In this document: piece after piece, positions 19,418 through 29,656 of the stretch
Numbering within the stretch: position 1 is the first letter of the stretch
Layout: the number at the start of each line of letters is the position of its first letter
Source: an uncultured Actinomycetota bacterium
Lineage (GTDB): Bacteria; Actinomycetota; Actinomycetes; Actinomycetales; CAVURS01
Direction of reading: 5' to 3'
Length of the DNA stretch: 64,000 nucleotides
Assembly: GCA_963743975.1 (NCBI GenBank)
Contig: CAVURS010000005.1
Coordinates: 497,351 to 561,350 of the forward strand
Notes under the pieces: model-generated
What the model was told of the DNA's origin: nothing
The model's database searches: none
What the model saw: the letters and a program-made list of their open reading frames with translations, nothing else
Translations under genes and position numbers: made by a program

Positions 19418-19536
19418 CTGACAAGCCCTGCAGCGTTCTTTTTCAGCCGCACCGCGGGATACTTTGCGCTGGACGGGAAAGAACGAGAACGCGCAGCCGA
19501 CGCAGGACGACCGCACCCAGGCGAGAGGCACACCTC

Positions 19537-21489
19537 ATGGCGCAGCACCCCCTCGACCGGCTCACGGCCGACGAGATCGCCGAGAACCGGCGGATCCTCG
19601 ACGCGGACGGCCTGGTGGGACCGGCCACCCGCTTCCCGCTCGTGCTGCTGGCCGAGCCCGGGAAGCACGAGGTGCTCTCCTGGGCGGACGGCGATCCGGT
19701 CCCGCGGACGGTCCGCACGGTGCTGCTGGACCGGGCCACCGGCGAGGTGAGCGAGGTGGTCACGTCGCTGACCGACGCGACGGTGGTGAGCCGGCGCCGC
19801 GTGGACGTGGCCACCGAGGGGCAGCCGCCGATCATGGCCGAGGAGTTCACGCTGGTCGAGGAGATCCTCTGGGCCGACGACGCCTGGTGCGCGGCCATGC
19901 GGCGGCGCGGCCTGGACGACCCCCGCCGGATCCGGATCTCCGCCCTCAGCGCCGGCTCGTTCGACCTGCCCGGCGAGGCCGGCCGGCGCCTGGTCCGCTG
20001 CCTGTCCTTCCTGCAGCTGGGCGACGACGACAACGTCTGGGCCCACCCGATCGACGGCGTGGTGGCGTACGTCGACCTGATCACCCGCGAGGTGACCGAG
20101 CTCGTCGACTCGGGAGTGTTCGACGTGCCGCGCACCCCGGCCGACTACCACCGGCCCGACCCGGACCGGCCGGCCCGCACGACCCAGCGGCCGATCGAGA
20201 TCAGCCAGCCCGAGGGTCCCAGCTTCACCGTCCGCGACGACGTGGTGGAGTGGGAGCGCTGGCAGCTGCGGATCGGCTTCGACCAGGTCGAGGGACTGAC
20301 CCTGCACCAGATCGGCTTCCGGGACGGGGAGCGGCTCCGGCCGATCGTCTACCGGGCCTCGGTGGCCGAGATGGTCGTCCCGTACGGCGATCCCTCACCC
20401 GTCCGGTTCTGGCAGAACTACTTCGACGCCGGGGAGTACTCGCTGGGCAAGGACGCCAACGCGCTCGAGCTGGGCTGCGACTGCCTCGGGGAGATCCACT
20501 ACCTCGACGCCACCCTCGCCGACGACGACGGCCACCCGCGCGCGGTCCGCAATGCCATCTGCCTGCACGAGGAGGACTTCGGGGTGCTCTGGAAGCACAC
20601 CGACCCCTACAACGGCTCGGTCTCCACGCGGCGGCAGCGACGCCTGGTCGTCTCGTTCTTCATCACGGTCGGCAACTACGACTACGGCTTCTCCTGGTAC
20701 CTCTACCTGGACGGCACCATCGAGCTCGAGTGCAAGGCCACCGGCGTGGTCTTCGCGTCGGCGTACCCCGGCCCCTCGCCCGACGGGACGCCGTACCCCT
20801 GGGCCAGCGAGGTGGCCCCGGGGGTCGGTGCGCCGTACCACCAGCACCTGTTCTCGGCCCGGCTGGACATGATGGTCGACGGGGTGGGCAACGCGGTCGA
20901 CGAGGTGGACGCCGTGCGGGTGCCGGCCGGCCCGGACAACCCCTACGGCAACGCCTTCAGCCGCCGGTCGACCCGGCTGCGACGGGAGTCGGAGGCCGCC
21001 CGCTCGGCCGACGGCTCGGTCGCGCGCACCTGGCACATCAGCAACCCGGGCCGGCGGAACGCCCTGGGCCGTCCGGTCGCCTATGCGCTGTACCCCGAGG
21101 GCCAGCCGACCCTCCTGGCGGCCGACGGCTCGTCGATCGCCCGCCGGGCGGCGTTCACGACCCGGCACCTGTGGGTGACCGCGCAGGACGACCGACAGCG
21201 TTATCCGGCAGGTGATTTCGTCAACCAGAGCGTCGGGGACGCCGGCATCGACTCGTGGGTCACGGCCGACCGGGACATCGACGGGACCGACATCGTGGTC
21301 TGGCACACGTTCGGGCTGACACATTTCCCGCGGCCGGAGGACTGGCCGATCATGCCGGTGGACTCCACCGGTTTCGTCCTCAAGCCGCACGGCTTCTTCG
21401 ACGAGAACCCGGCCCTGGACGTGCCCGAGCCGGCCGCCGCGCACCGGCCCGGCGAGGCCGGCCCGGGCTGCTGCGGAGACGACCGCTGA
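19537..21489 (+). CDS. Copper-containing primary amine oxidase (TPQ); Arthrobacter histamine/phenylethylamine oxidase-like
   Basis: TVGNYDYGF (TPQ consensus), catalytic Asp in YFDAGEY, Cu ligands HQH and THFPRPEDWPIMP, LGCDCLG; no signal peptide. Confidence 0.96.
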   Translation: MAQHPLDRLTADEIAENRRILDADGLVGPATRFPLVLLAEPGKHEVLSWADGDPVPRTVRTVLLDRATGEVSEVVTSLTDATVVSRRRVDVATEGQPPIMAEEFTLVEEILWADDAWCAAMRRRGLDDPRRIRISALSAGSFDLPGEAGRRLVRCLSFLQLGDDDNVWAHPIDGVVAYVDLITREVTELVDSGVFDVPRTPADYHRPDPDRPARTTQRPIEISQPEGPSFTVRDDVVEWERWQLRIGFDQVEGLTLHQIGFRDGERLRPIVYRASVAEMVVPYGDPSPVRFWQNYFDAGEYSLGKDANALELGCDCLGEIHYLDATLADDDGHPRAVRNAICLHEEDFGVLWKHTDPYNGSVSTRRQRRLVVSFFITVGNYDYGFSWYLYLDGTIELECKATGVVFASAYPGPSPDGTPYPWASEVAPGVGAPYHQHLFSARLDMMVDGVGNAVDEVDAVRVPAGPDNPYGNAFSRRSTRLRRESEAARSADGSVARTWHISNPGRRNALGRPVAYALYPEGQPTLLAADGSSIARRAAFTTRHLWVTAQDDRQRYPAGDFVNQSVGDAGIDSWVTADRDIDGTDIVVWHTFGLTHFPRPEDWPIMPVDSTGFVLKPHGFFDENPALDVPEPAAAHRPGEAGPGCCGDDR

Positions 21490-21575
21490 CCGGACTCGCG
21501 GCAAACGCGTGCCACGGAGCGTGACGAGGACTACCGTGGGTAGTGCGCCGCAGACAAGGGGTTGCGCGCGGCGCT

Positions 21576-21621
21576 GACGGCGTCACGCTCGTCGCTTCGG
21601 AGGGATGAGCGCGGCGCCGTC
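21576..21621. terminator. Long hairpin between convergent genes
   Basis: 21-bp stem (two mismatches, two G-U pairs) with loop TCGG. Confidence 0.65.
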
Positions 21622-21631
21622 CCCACGTCGG

Positions 21632-21934
21632 TCAGCCGACGGAGACCTGCTGCTTGTCGAACGCGACGTAGCCGCTGTAGTCCTGCCCGACCCGGTCGAA
21701 GGACGCGGGGTACGGCTCCGGGTAGCTCCACGCCGCGTCGTGGTGCACCTGCCCCGCCACCGACACGTCGTGGTACTGGCAGACGCCCTTCCAGGGGCAG
21801 GTGTACGGCGTGGGGCTGTCGCTGAAGGCCTCGGCGGTCAGCGACGAGGGCGGGAAGTAGTAGTTCCCCTCGATCGTGATCAGCTCGTCCTCGGGCGCGT
21901 CCGCGACGACCGTGCCGTCGATGGTTGCTTGCAT
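21632..21934 (-). CDS. DUF427 family protein
   Basis: IEGNYYFP, TCPWKG, AAWSYPEP and GYVAF; SD AAGGAG. Confidence 0.92.
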   Translation of the reverse strand: MQATIDGTVVADAPEDELITIEGNYYFPPSSLTAEAFSDSPTPYTCPWKGVCQYHDVSVAGQVHHDAAWSYPEPYPASFDRVGQDYSGYVAFDKQQVSVG

Positions 21935-22019
21935 CGGCTTCTCCTTGCTGCATCGGTGACGTGGGCTGTCGACGGGGTCAACACCCGCCGCGGGCCGATC
22001 CCTTCCCGGCCCGCCTTGG

Positions 22020-23003
22020 TCAGGACGGGCTGGCCTCCCTCAGGGCCGGCAGCAGCTCCTTCTCGGCGAAGGACAGGAACTCCGTCTGGGTCTCCCCGCC
22101 GACCTGGACGAGAGCGATGTCGGTGAAGCCCGCCTCCCAGTAGGCGCTGACCGCCTCGACGATCGGCTCGACGTCCGGCCCGCACGGGATCGAGGAGGCG
22201 ACGTCCTCCGGGCGGACGAACTGGGAGGCCGCAGCGAAGCCGGCCGTCGTCGGCAGGTCGGCGTTGACCGACCAGCCGCCACCGAACCACCGGAACTGCT
22301 CGTGCGCCCGGCGGACCGCCTCGTCCTTGTCCGGGCCCCAGGAGACGGGGATCTGACCGATCTTGCGCGAGCTCGCGGCCTTCGCGCCGGCCGCCTCGTC
22401 CCACTTCGCGACCAGCTCCTCGTCCGGCTCGACGGCGATCAGGTGCTGAGCCCGGGGGGCGAGCTCGGACACCGAGCGGTCGCCGGAGACCGCGACCGCG
22501 ATGGGCACCCGCTGCTCCGGCTGGTCCCAGAGCCGGGCCGACTCGACCCGGAAGTGCCGGCCGACGTAGCGGAACAGGCCGCCGTCGAAGAGGCCGGAGA
22601 TGATCTCCACCGCCTCGTCGAGCATCTCGTGGCGCTCGTTCACGGACGGCCAGCGCTGGCCCACCACGTGCTCGTTGAGGTTCTCCCCCGCACCCAGCCC
22701 GAGCGTGAACCGGCCCTCGGACAGCACCTGGATGGTGGCGGCCTTCTGGGCCACCACGGCCGGGTGGTAGCGCATCGAGGGGCAGGTGACGTACGTCATC
22801 AGCTCGACCTGCTCGGTGACCTGGGTGACAGCCCCCAGCACGGCCCACGCGTACGGAGCGTGGCCCTGTGCCTCGAGCCACGGCGAGTAGTGGTCGCTGG
22901 ACACCTCGAAGGAGAAGCCGGCCTCCTCGGCCCGCGCCGCGTCGCGGACGAGCCAGCGCGGGTCGGACTGCTCGGTCATCAACGTGTAGCCGAAGTTGGT
23001 CAC
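22020..23003 (-). CDS. LLM-class F420-dependent oxidoreductase (G6PDH/Fgd-like family)
   Basis: FGYTLMTEQ, SSDHYSPW, VTCPSMRYHPAVVAQKAAT and GLGAGENLNEH. Confidence 0.92.
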   Translation of the reverse strand: MTNFGYTLMTEQSDPRWLVRDAARAEEAGFSFEVSSDHYSPWLEAQGHAPYAWAVLGAVTQVTEQVELMTYVTCPSMRYHPAVVAQKAATIQVLSEGRFTLGLGAGENLNEHVVGQRWPSVNERHEMLDEAVEIISGLFDGGLFRYVGRHFRVESARLWDQPEQRVPIAVAVSGDRSVSELAPRAQHLIAVEPDEELVAKWDEAAGAKAASSRKIGQIPVSWGPDKDEAVRRAHEQFRWFGGGWSVNADLPTTAGFAAASQFVRPEDVASSIPCGPDVEPIVEAVSAYWEAGFTDIALVQVGGETQTEFLSFAEKELLPALREASPS

Positions 23004-23063
23004 GGCTCCAACGGTTTCATCGGTCGCGACCGCCCGCGACCGGAGAACCCCTTCGGCAGCAGG

Positions 23064-23486
23064 TCAGCCCTGGGCGGCGGGAGGGTCGACCGGCCCGTCG
23101 GCCGGCGGCTGGGCCGCCGGGTCGTACCCGGGCGCCGCGACGTCGTCGGCCGCGGTCGCGTTCGGGTCGAGCTTGGCCGCGCGCTCCTGCAGCCGCTGGG
23201 CCTCCTCGTGCTCGCTGTTGGCCCGCGCGAGGTGCTCCTCCGCCTCCTTCTCGCGGGCGCTGGCGCTGAGCTGGGCCTCGGCCCGCTCCCGCCGGGCCCG
23301 CGCGGTCTGCTCCTCGGCAGCGGCCTGGGCGGCGTCCGCGTTCAGCGAGCGCTCCCGGGCCTCCCGCAGGTGTTCCTGCGCCTGGGCCTGCTTGCGACCG
23401 GTCGCGGCACGGGTCCGTGGCAGCACCACGGCCACCACGATGAGGGCGATGACGACGACGACGATGATCACGATGACAGCGGTCAT
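23064..23486 (-). CDS. Membrane-anchored coiled-coil hypothetical protein
   Basis: Very hydrophobic N-terminus followed by an Ala/Glu/Arg-rich helix; SD GGAGG. Confidence 0.75.
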   Translation of the reverse strand: MTAVIVIIVVVVIALIVVAVVLPRTRAATGRKQAQAQEHLREARERSLNADAAQAAAEEQTARARRERAEAQLSASAREKEAEEHLARANSEHEEAQRLQERAAKLDPNATAADDVAAPGYDPAAQPPADGPVDPPAAQG

Positions 23487-23603
23487 GAGAACCTCCGGCG
23501 CCCGACGCTAGCCGGGCCCACGCCGTCCCACCATTCGAGCCGACGCCCGGTGCGCCCGGCCGCCGGCTCGCGAGGCGGCCCGCCCAGCCTCAGACTCGGT
23601 CGG

Positions 23604-24287
23604 ATGGTCACCCCTTCGCACAGCCCGATCGACACGGCGATCTTCGACGTGGACGGCACCCTGGTCGACACCAACTACCACCACGCGATCGCATGGTTCC
23701 GGGCCTTTCGCCGGTTCGACATCACGGTGCCGGTCTGGCGCATCCACCGCACGCTCGGCATGGGCGGCGACCACCTGGTGAGCGAGGTGACGGACGAGGA
23801 CACCGAGCGCCGGTGCGGCGAGGACCTGCGATCCGCGTGGACCGAGGAGTACGACCGGATCGTCGACGAGGTGGTGCCGTTCGCGGGAGCCCACGAGCTG
23901 CTGCAGGCGGTGCGGGACAGGGGCTTGCGGGTGGTGCTGGCCAGCTCCGGTGAGCAGAAGCACGTCGACCACTACCTCGACCTGCTCGATGCCCGGTCCG
24001 TGGTCGAGGCGTGGACGACCTCCGACGACGTCGACTCGACCAAGCCCGACCCGGACCTCGTGCACGTCGCCCTGGAGAAGGTGGGCGGCAGCTCCGGCGT
24101 CATGGTCGGCGACTCCACCTGGGACTTCGTCGCGGCGCGGCGGGCGGGAGTCCACTCACTGGCCATCCAGACCGGTGGGTTCTCGGTCGAGGAGCTGCGC
24201 GAGGCCGGCGCCGAGCAGGTGTTCGACTCCCTCGTGGAGCTGCGGGAGCGCCTGGACGACACCCGGCTGTCCGGCCCCCGGGGCTGA
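23604..24287 (+). CDS. HAD family hydrolase
   Basis: FDVDGTLVDT, LASS, KPDPD and MVGDSTWD. Confidence 0.92.
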   Translation: MVTPSHSPIDTAIFDVDGTLVDTNYHHAIAWFRAFRRFDITVPVWRIHRTLGMGGDHLVSEVTDEDTERRCGEDLRSAWTEEYDRIVDEVVPFAGAHELLQAVRDRGLRVVLASSGEQKHVDHYLDLLDARSVVEAWTTSDDVDSTKPDPDLVHVALEKVGGSSGVMVGDSTWDFVAARRAGVHSLAIQTGGFSVEELREAGAEQVFDSLVELRERLDDTRLSGPRG

Positions 24288-24299
24288 GCCGGCCGGCGG

Positions 24300-24713
24300 T
24301 CAGCTCGGCGTCGCCTGCTGGGACAGCCGCACGGTGTTGCCGGAGGGGTCGCGGAAGGCGCAGTCGCGGGCGCCCCAGCCCTGGTCCATCGGCTCCTGGA
24401 GCACCTCGGCGCCGGTGGCCTGCACCTTCTCGAAGTCGGCGTCCACATCGGCGCTGCGGAAGAAGATCGGCGGCAGCGAGCCCTTGGTCATCAGGGCCTC
24501 CATCGTGTCGCCGTCCTCCGCCGAGCGGCCCGCGTGCGGGTGGGTCAGCACGATCTGCACGTCCGGCTGGCGCGGCGGGGAGAGGGTCAGCCAGCGGAAG
24601 TCGCCGGCCGCGACGTCGTTGGTCAGTGTGAGCCCGAGCGTGTCCCGGTAGAAGGCCAGCGCGAGGTCGGCGTCGTGCACGGTGACGAACGTGGTCAGCA
24701 GTGTGAGGTCCAT
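24300..24713 (-). CDS. VOC/glyoxalase family protein
   Basis: ALAFYRDTLG, RWLTL and EPMDQGWGARDCAFRDPSGN. Confidence 0.92.
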   Translation of the reverse strand: MDLTLLTTFVTVHDADLALAFYRDTLGLTLTNDVAAGDFRWLTLSPPRQPDVQIVLTHPHAGRSAEDGDTMEALMTKGSLPPIFFRSADVDADFEKVQATGAEVLQEPMDQGWGARDCAFRDPSGNTVRLSQQATPS

Positions 24714-24730
24714 GCCGATGACGCTAGAGG

Positions 24731-25153
24731 TCAGGACGGCCGGGTGGCTTCTTCGTTCCTGCGCGGTCTGAGCTGGGCCATGCTGACGCACCCGGGCAGT
24801 CCCGCCAGCGGTGTGTGGTCGCGAGCGCGGTACGCCGCCGGAGACTCACCCACGAGCTCGCTGAACCGGGTGCTGAACGAACCGAGCGACGTGCAGCCGA
24901 CCCGCAGGCAGACCTCGGTCACGGACAGGTCCCCCCGCCGCAGCAGGGCCATCGCCCGCTCGATCCGCCGGGTCATCAGGTAGGCGTACGGCGTCTCGCC
25001 GTACGCCGCGCGGAACTGCCGCGAGAAGTGCCCGGGCGACATGTACGCCGCCTGGGCCAGCGAGGGCACGTCCAGGGGCCGGGCGTAGTCGCGGTCCATC
25101 AGGTCGCGGGCCCGCCGCAGGTGGGTCAGCGTGACGAGGTCCTCGGGCCGCAC
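24731..25153 (-). CDS. Short AraC family regulator
   Basis: [28 protein letters not shown] and [13 protein letters not shown]; typical AraC-VOC pair. Confidence 0.92.
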   Translation of the reverse strand: MRPEDLVTLTHLRRARDLMDRDYARPLDVPSLAQAAYMSPGHFSRQFRAAYGETPYAYLMTRRIERAMALLRRGDLSVTEVCLRVGCTSLGSFSTRFSELVGESPAAYRARDHTPLAGLPGCVSMAQLRPRRNEEATRPS

Positions 25154-25162
25154 GAGCCCACG

Positions 25163-28100
25163 CTACGAGGCGTAGAAGACGCGGTCCACCACGGCGCGGG
25201 CCCGGCGGCTCAGCCGGAGGTAGTCGTCCTCCGCCTGCTGCCCGTGCCCCGGCGGGTACCCCACGATGCGGGCGATGCCGTCGCGGTCGCGGCTGTCCCC
25301 GGGCAGGGCGTCGACCGGCCGCCCACGCCAGAGCACCGCGGCGTTGCGCCACTTCGACGCGAGCGTCCAGGCCTCGGCCAGGACCGAGCCGTCCGCGGGC
25401 GCGAGCAGCCCGGCGTCGACCGCGGCGGCCAGGGCCGGCAGGGTGCCCGGTCGTCCGCAGCGCCTCGACCTCGGCGGCGTGCCGGAGCTGGATCAGCTGC
25501 ACGGTCCACTCCACGTCCGCGAGGCCACCCCGGCCCAGCTTGAAGTGACGGCTGGGATCGGCCCCCTTCGGCAGCCGCTCGGCCTCGACCCGCGCCTTGA
25601 TCCGCCGGATCTCCCGGACGTCGCCGGGCCGCAGCCCGCGCTCGGGCCAGCGAATCGGCTCGATCAGCTGCTCGAAGGCCTTGCGCAGCGCCGCGTCCCC
25701 GGCCACGGCCCGGGCCCGCAGCAGGGCCTGCGACTCCCACACCAGCGACCAGCGCTCGTAGTAGATGCGATAGGACTCCAGGCTGCGCACCAGCGGGCCG
25801 TTCTTGCCCTCGGGCCGCAGTCCCACGTCGAGCTCGATCGCCGGGTCCGGTCCCGGACGCCGACAGCAGGCGGCGCAGCTCCTGGACGGCGGCCGTCGCG
25901 CCCTCCTGGGCCTCCTGGTCGTCCGCCCCCGGCACCGGGTCGTAGACGAACACGACGTCGGCGTCGCTGCCGTAGCCGAGCTCGGCCCCGCCGAAGCGGC
26001 CCATCCCGATGACCGCGACCCGGGCCGGCAGCGGGCGACCCGTCTGCTCCTCGGCGGTCCGGATCGCGAGCTCGAGCGCGCCCTCCACCATGGCCGCGGC
26101 GATGTCGGTCAGGGCCGAGCCGACCTGCTGAAGGCTCGCCACGCCCACGAGGTCGGCCACCGCCGTGCGGAACAGCTCCCGGCGGCGGACGGCCCGGGCC
26201 CCTTCGAGGGCCTGCTCGGGCTGCCCCTCGTGCCGGCCGACCGCGGTGCGGACCTCGGCCACCAGCGCCTCGGCTTCGCGGGCGCGCAGCCCGCTGTCGT
26301 CACCGAGGATCAGCGCGGCTTCCGGCGCCCGCTGCAGCAGGTCCGCGGCGTAGCGGCTGCGGGACAGCACGTGGGCCAGCCGCTCGGCCGCCGAGCCGCT
26401 GTCGCGCAGCATCCGCAGGTACCAGTGGCTGCCACCCAGCGCCTCGCTGACCCGCCGGAAGGCGAGCAGCCCGGCGTCCGGGTCGGCCTCGTCGGCGAAC
26501 CAGCCGAGCATCACGGGAAGCAGCGTCCGCTGCATCGCGGCCCGCCGGCTCACTCCCTCCGTGAGCGCGGCGATGTGGCGCAGGGCGCCCGCCGTGTCGC
26601 GAAAACCCAACGCCGACAGGCGTTCTCGGGCCGCCTCGGGCGTGAGCCGGGTCTCGTCGGGGCTCAGCCGGGCCACGGCGGCGAGCAGCGGGCGGTAGAA
26701 GATGCGCTCGTGCAGGCGGCGCACCTCGCGGGCCTGACGCTGCCACTGGCCGAGCACCGAGTGGGCCGGGTTGGCCCGGTGCCCCATGCTGCGGCCGAGC
26801 CAGCGCAGATCGTCCTCCGACGTCGGCATGAGGTGCGTCCGGCGCAGCCGGTGCACCTGCACCCGGTGCTCCAGGCACCGCAGCACCCGGTACGCCGCGT
26901 CCAGGCCCGCCGCGTCGTCGCGGGCGACGTACCCACCCGCCGCCAGCGCGGCGAGCGCGTCCAGGGTCGTGCGGCTGCGCAGGCTCTCGTCGGTCCGCCC
27001 GTGGACCAGCTGGAGGAGCTGCACGCTGAACTCGACGTCGCGCAGTCCGCCCTTGCCGAGCTTGAGCTGGCGGTCGGCCTGGTCCGCGGGCACGTGCTCC
27101 TCGACCCGGCGCCGCATGGCCTGCACGTCGGCCACGAAGTCCGGGCGCTGGGCCGCCGACCAGACCATCGGGGACACGGCCTCGACGTACGCCTCGCCCA
27201 GCGCGAGGTCACCGGCGACCGGACGGGCCTTGAGCAGGGCCTGGAACTCCCAGGTGCTGGCCCACCGCTGGTAGTACGCCACGTGGCTGGCCAGGGTACG
27301 CACCAGCGGGCCGTTCTTGCCCTCGGGCCGCAGCGCGGCGTCGACCGGCCACAGCGTGCCCTCGGCGGTGGCGGCCGAGCAGGCCCGCATCATCGCGGTG
27401 GCCAGGAACGTCGCGGACTCCAGGGCCGCCCGCTCGTCACCGCCCTCGGGAGCCTCGGCGACGAACACCACGTCGACGTCGGAGACGTAGTTCAGCTCGT
27501 GACCGCCCGTCTTGCCCATGCCGATGACCGCCAGGCGGCACGGCGCGGCCCCCGGCGGCTGCTCGGCCCGCGCGACCGCCAGCGCCGCACCCAGGGCGGC
27601 CTGGGCCAGGTCGGCCAGCTCCCCCGCCACCTCGGGCAGGTCGTGAGGGGGGTCCGAGCTGTGCAGGTCGCGACCGGCGAGAGCCAGCAGGCGGCGCCGG
27701 TACGCCCGGCGCAGGGCGTCGTAGCCGGCCGCGCCGGGGCGACCGACCGGCTCGGCCGCCGTCGGGATCGGCGCCGACCGCCTGTCAGCAGCTCGTGGTC
27801 CAGCTCTGCCTGCGAGCACGGCTCCCCGAGCTCCAGGGCGGTCCAGTCCCCGGGGTGCCGGGCCAGGTGCTCGCCCAGCGCGACCGACGTGCCGAGCACG
27901 GCCATCAGGCGGTCGCGGACCGGACCTCCGGTCCGCACGACTGCGCGCCAGCCGGGCCGGGTGGGCCGGGTGGCTCTCCCGTTCGAGGGCGTCGTCGCGG
28001 TCGCTGGAGCGGGCCAGCGACTCCATCAGGCGGACCAGCCCGAGCAGCGCCTGGTCGGGCTGCGGGACGCTGGACAGCGCCGCCAGCAGGCCGTCGTCGA

Positions 28101-28248
28101 AGACGTCCTCCAGGGGGTCGACCAGGCCGGACAGCGCCGGATCGGCCAGCAGGCGCTCGGCCCGGGCCGGATCGCGAAAGCCCAGCCGGGCCAGCTGGCC
28201 GGCGAGGGAGGACTCGCGCTGTCGGGGCATGGCCGAGCGCGTCGTCAC
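25163..28248 (-). CDS. glnE: Glutamine synthetase adenylyltransferase / adenylyl-removing enzyme; indels
   Basis: Two NTase domains ([16 protein letters not shown]; [16 protein letters not shown]), each with [12 protein letters not shown] and W(E)xQALL; adjacent to glnA2. Confidence 0.95.
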
Positions 28249-29585
28249 AGCACCGGGAGGTAGCGCTCCAGCTCGAACGGCGTCACCTGGGCGCGGTACT
28301 CCAGCCACTCGGCCCGCTTGTTGCGCAGCACGAAGTCGAAGACGTGCTCCCCCAGCGTCTCGGCGACCAGCTCGCTGTCCTCCATCCGCCGGATCGCCTG
28401 CGACAGGTTGGTCGGCAGCGGCTCGATGCCCATGGCCCGGCGCTCGGAGTCGGTGAGGCTCCACACGTCGTCCTCGGCCTCGTCCGGGAGCTCGTAGCCC
28501 TCCTCGACGCCCTTGAGCCCCGCGGCGAGCATGACCGCGAAGGCGAGGTAGGGGTTGCACGCGGCGTCGACCGAGCGGATCTCGGCCCGAGTGGACTGGC
28601 CCTTGGCCGGCTTGTACATCGGCACGCGGACCAGGGCCGAGCGGTTGTTGTGCCCCCAGCAGACGTACGCCGGCGCCTCGCCGCCACCCCAGAGCCGCGT
28701 GTAGGAGTTGACCCACTGGTTGGTGATGGCGGTGAACTCGCCGGCATGGCGCAGCAGCCCGGCGATGAAGTGCCGACCGGTCTTGCTCAGCTGGTAGGCT
28801 CGCGCCGTTCTCGTGGAAGACGTTGCGGTCCCCCTCGAACAGGCTCATGTGTGTGTGCATGCCGGAGCCGGGGTGGTCCCGGAAGGGCTTGGGCATGAAG
28901 GTCGCGTAGACGCCCTGCTCGAGCGCGACCTCCTTGATCACGGTGCGGAAGGTCATGATGTTGTCCGCCGTGGTGAGCGCGTCGGCGTACCGCAGGTCGA
29001 TCTCGTTCTGACCGGGCGCGCCCTCGTGGTGGCTGAACTCCACCGAGATCCCCATCGACTCCAGCATGGTGATCGCAGCCCGCCGGAAGTCGTGCGTCGT
29101 CGCCGTGCGGCACGTGGTCGAAGTAGCCGGCCCGGTCCACCGGCACCGGCGGCTCACCGGGCTTGAACCCCTGCTCGAGGACGAAGAACTCGATCTCCGG
29201 GTGGGTGTAGAAGGTGAAGCCGAGGTCCGCGGCCTTGGCCAGCGCGCGCTTCAGCACGAACCGCGGGTCGGCCAGGCTGGGCGTGCCGTCGGGCAGGTGG
29301 ATGTCGCAGAACATCCGCGCCGTACCGGGGTTCTCCCCGCGCCACGGGCAGCACCTGGAACGTCGAGGAGTCGGGCCGGGCCAGCATGTCCGACTCGTAG
29401 ACCCGGGCGAAGCCCTCGATCGAGCTGCCGTCGAAGCCGATGCCCTCGGCGAACGCACCCTCGAGCTCGGCCGGCGCCACGGCGACCGACTTCAGCGTGC
29501 CGAGCACGTCGGAGAACCACAGCCGCACGAAGCGGATGTCGCGCTCCTCGATGGTGCGGAGCACGAACTCCTGCTGCCTGTCCAT
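28245..29585 (-). CDS. glnA2: Glutamine synthetase-like protein GlnA2; indels
   Basis: MDRQQEFVLRTIEERDIRFVRLWF, FDGSSIEGF, SHHEGAPGQNEID, TFMPKP and NPYLAF. Confidence 0.93.
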
Positions 29586-29656
29586 GGCGCACAGCCTGCC
29601 AGCCCGGACCAGGCGGCGACGACATCCCCCCGCCGAGCGGCCGATAGCGTCCCGGC

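Noticed and set aside
25790-27335. Near-identical DNA segments at about 25790-25820 and 27300-27333
   Set aside because: Both encode [12 protein letters not shown], the known internal duplication of the two GlnE domains.
25210-29157. Apparent 1315-aa GlnA2-GlnE fusion ORF
   Set aside because: Chimera of frames caused by indels; glnA2 has its own stop at 28245 overlapping the glnE start.
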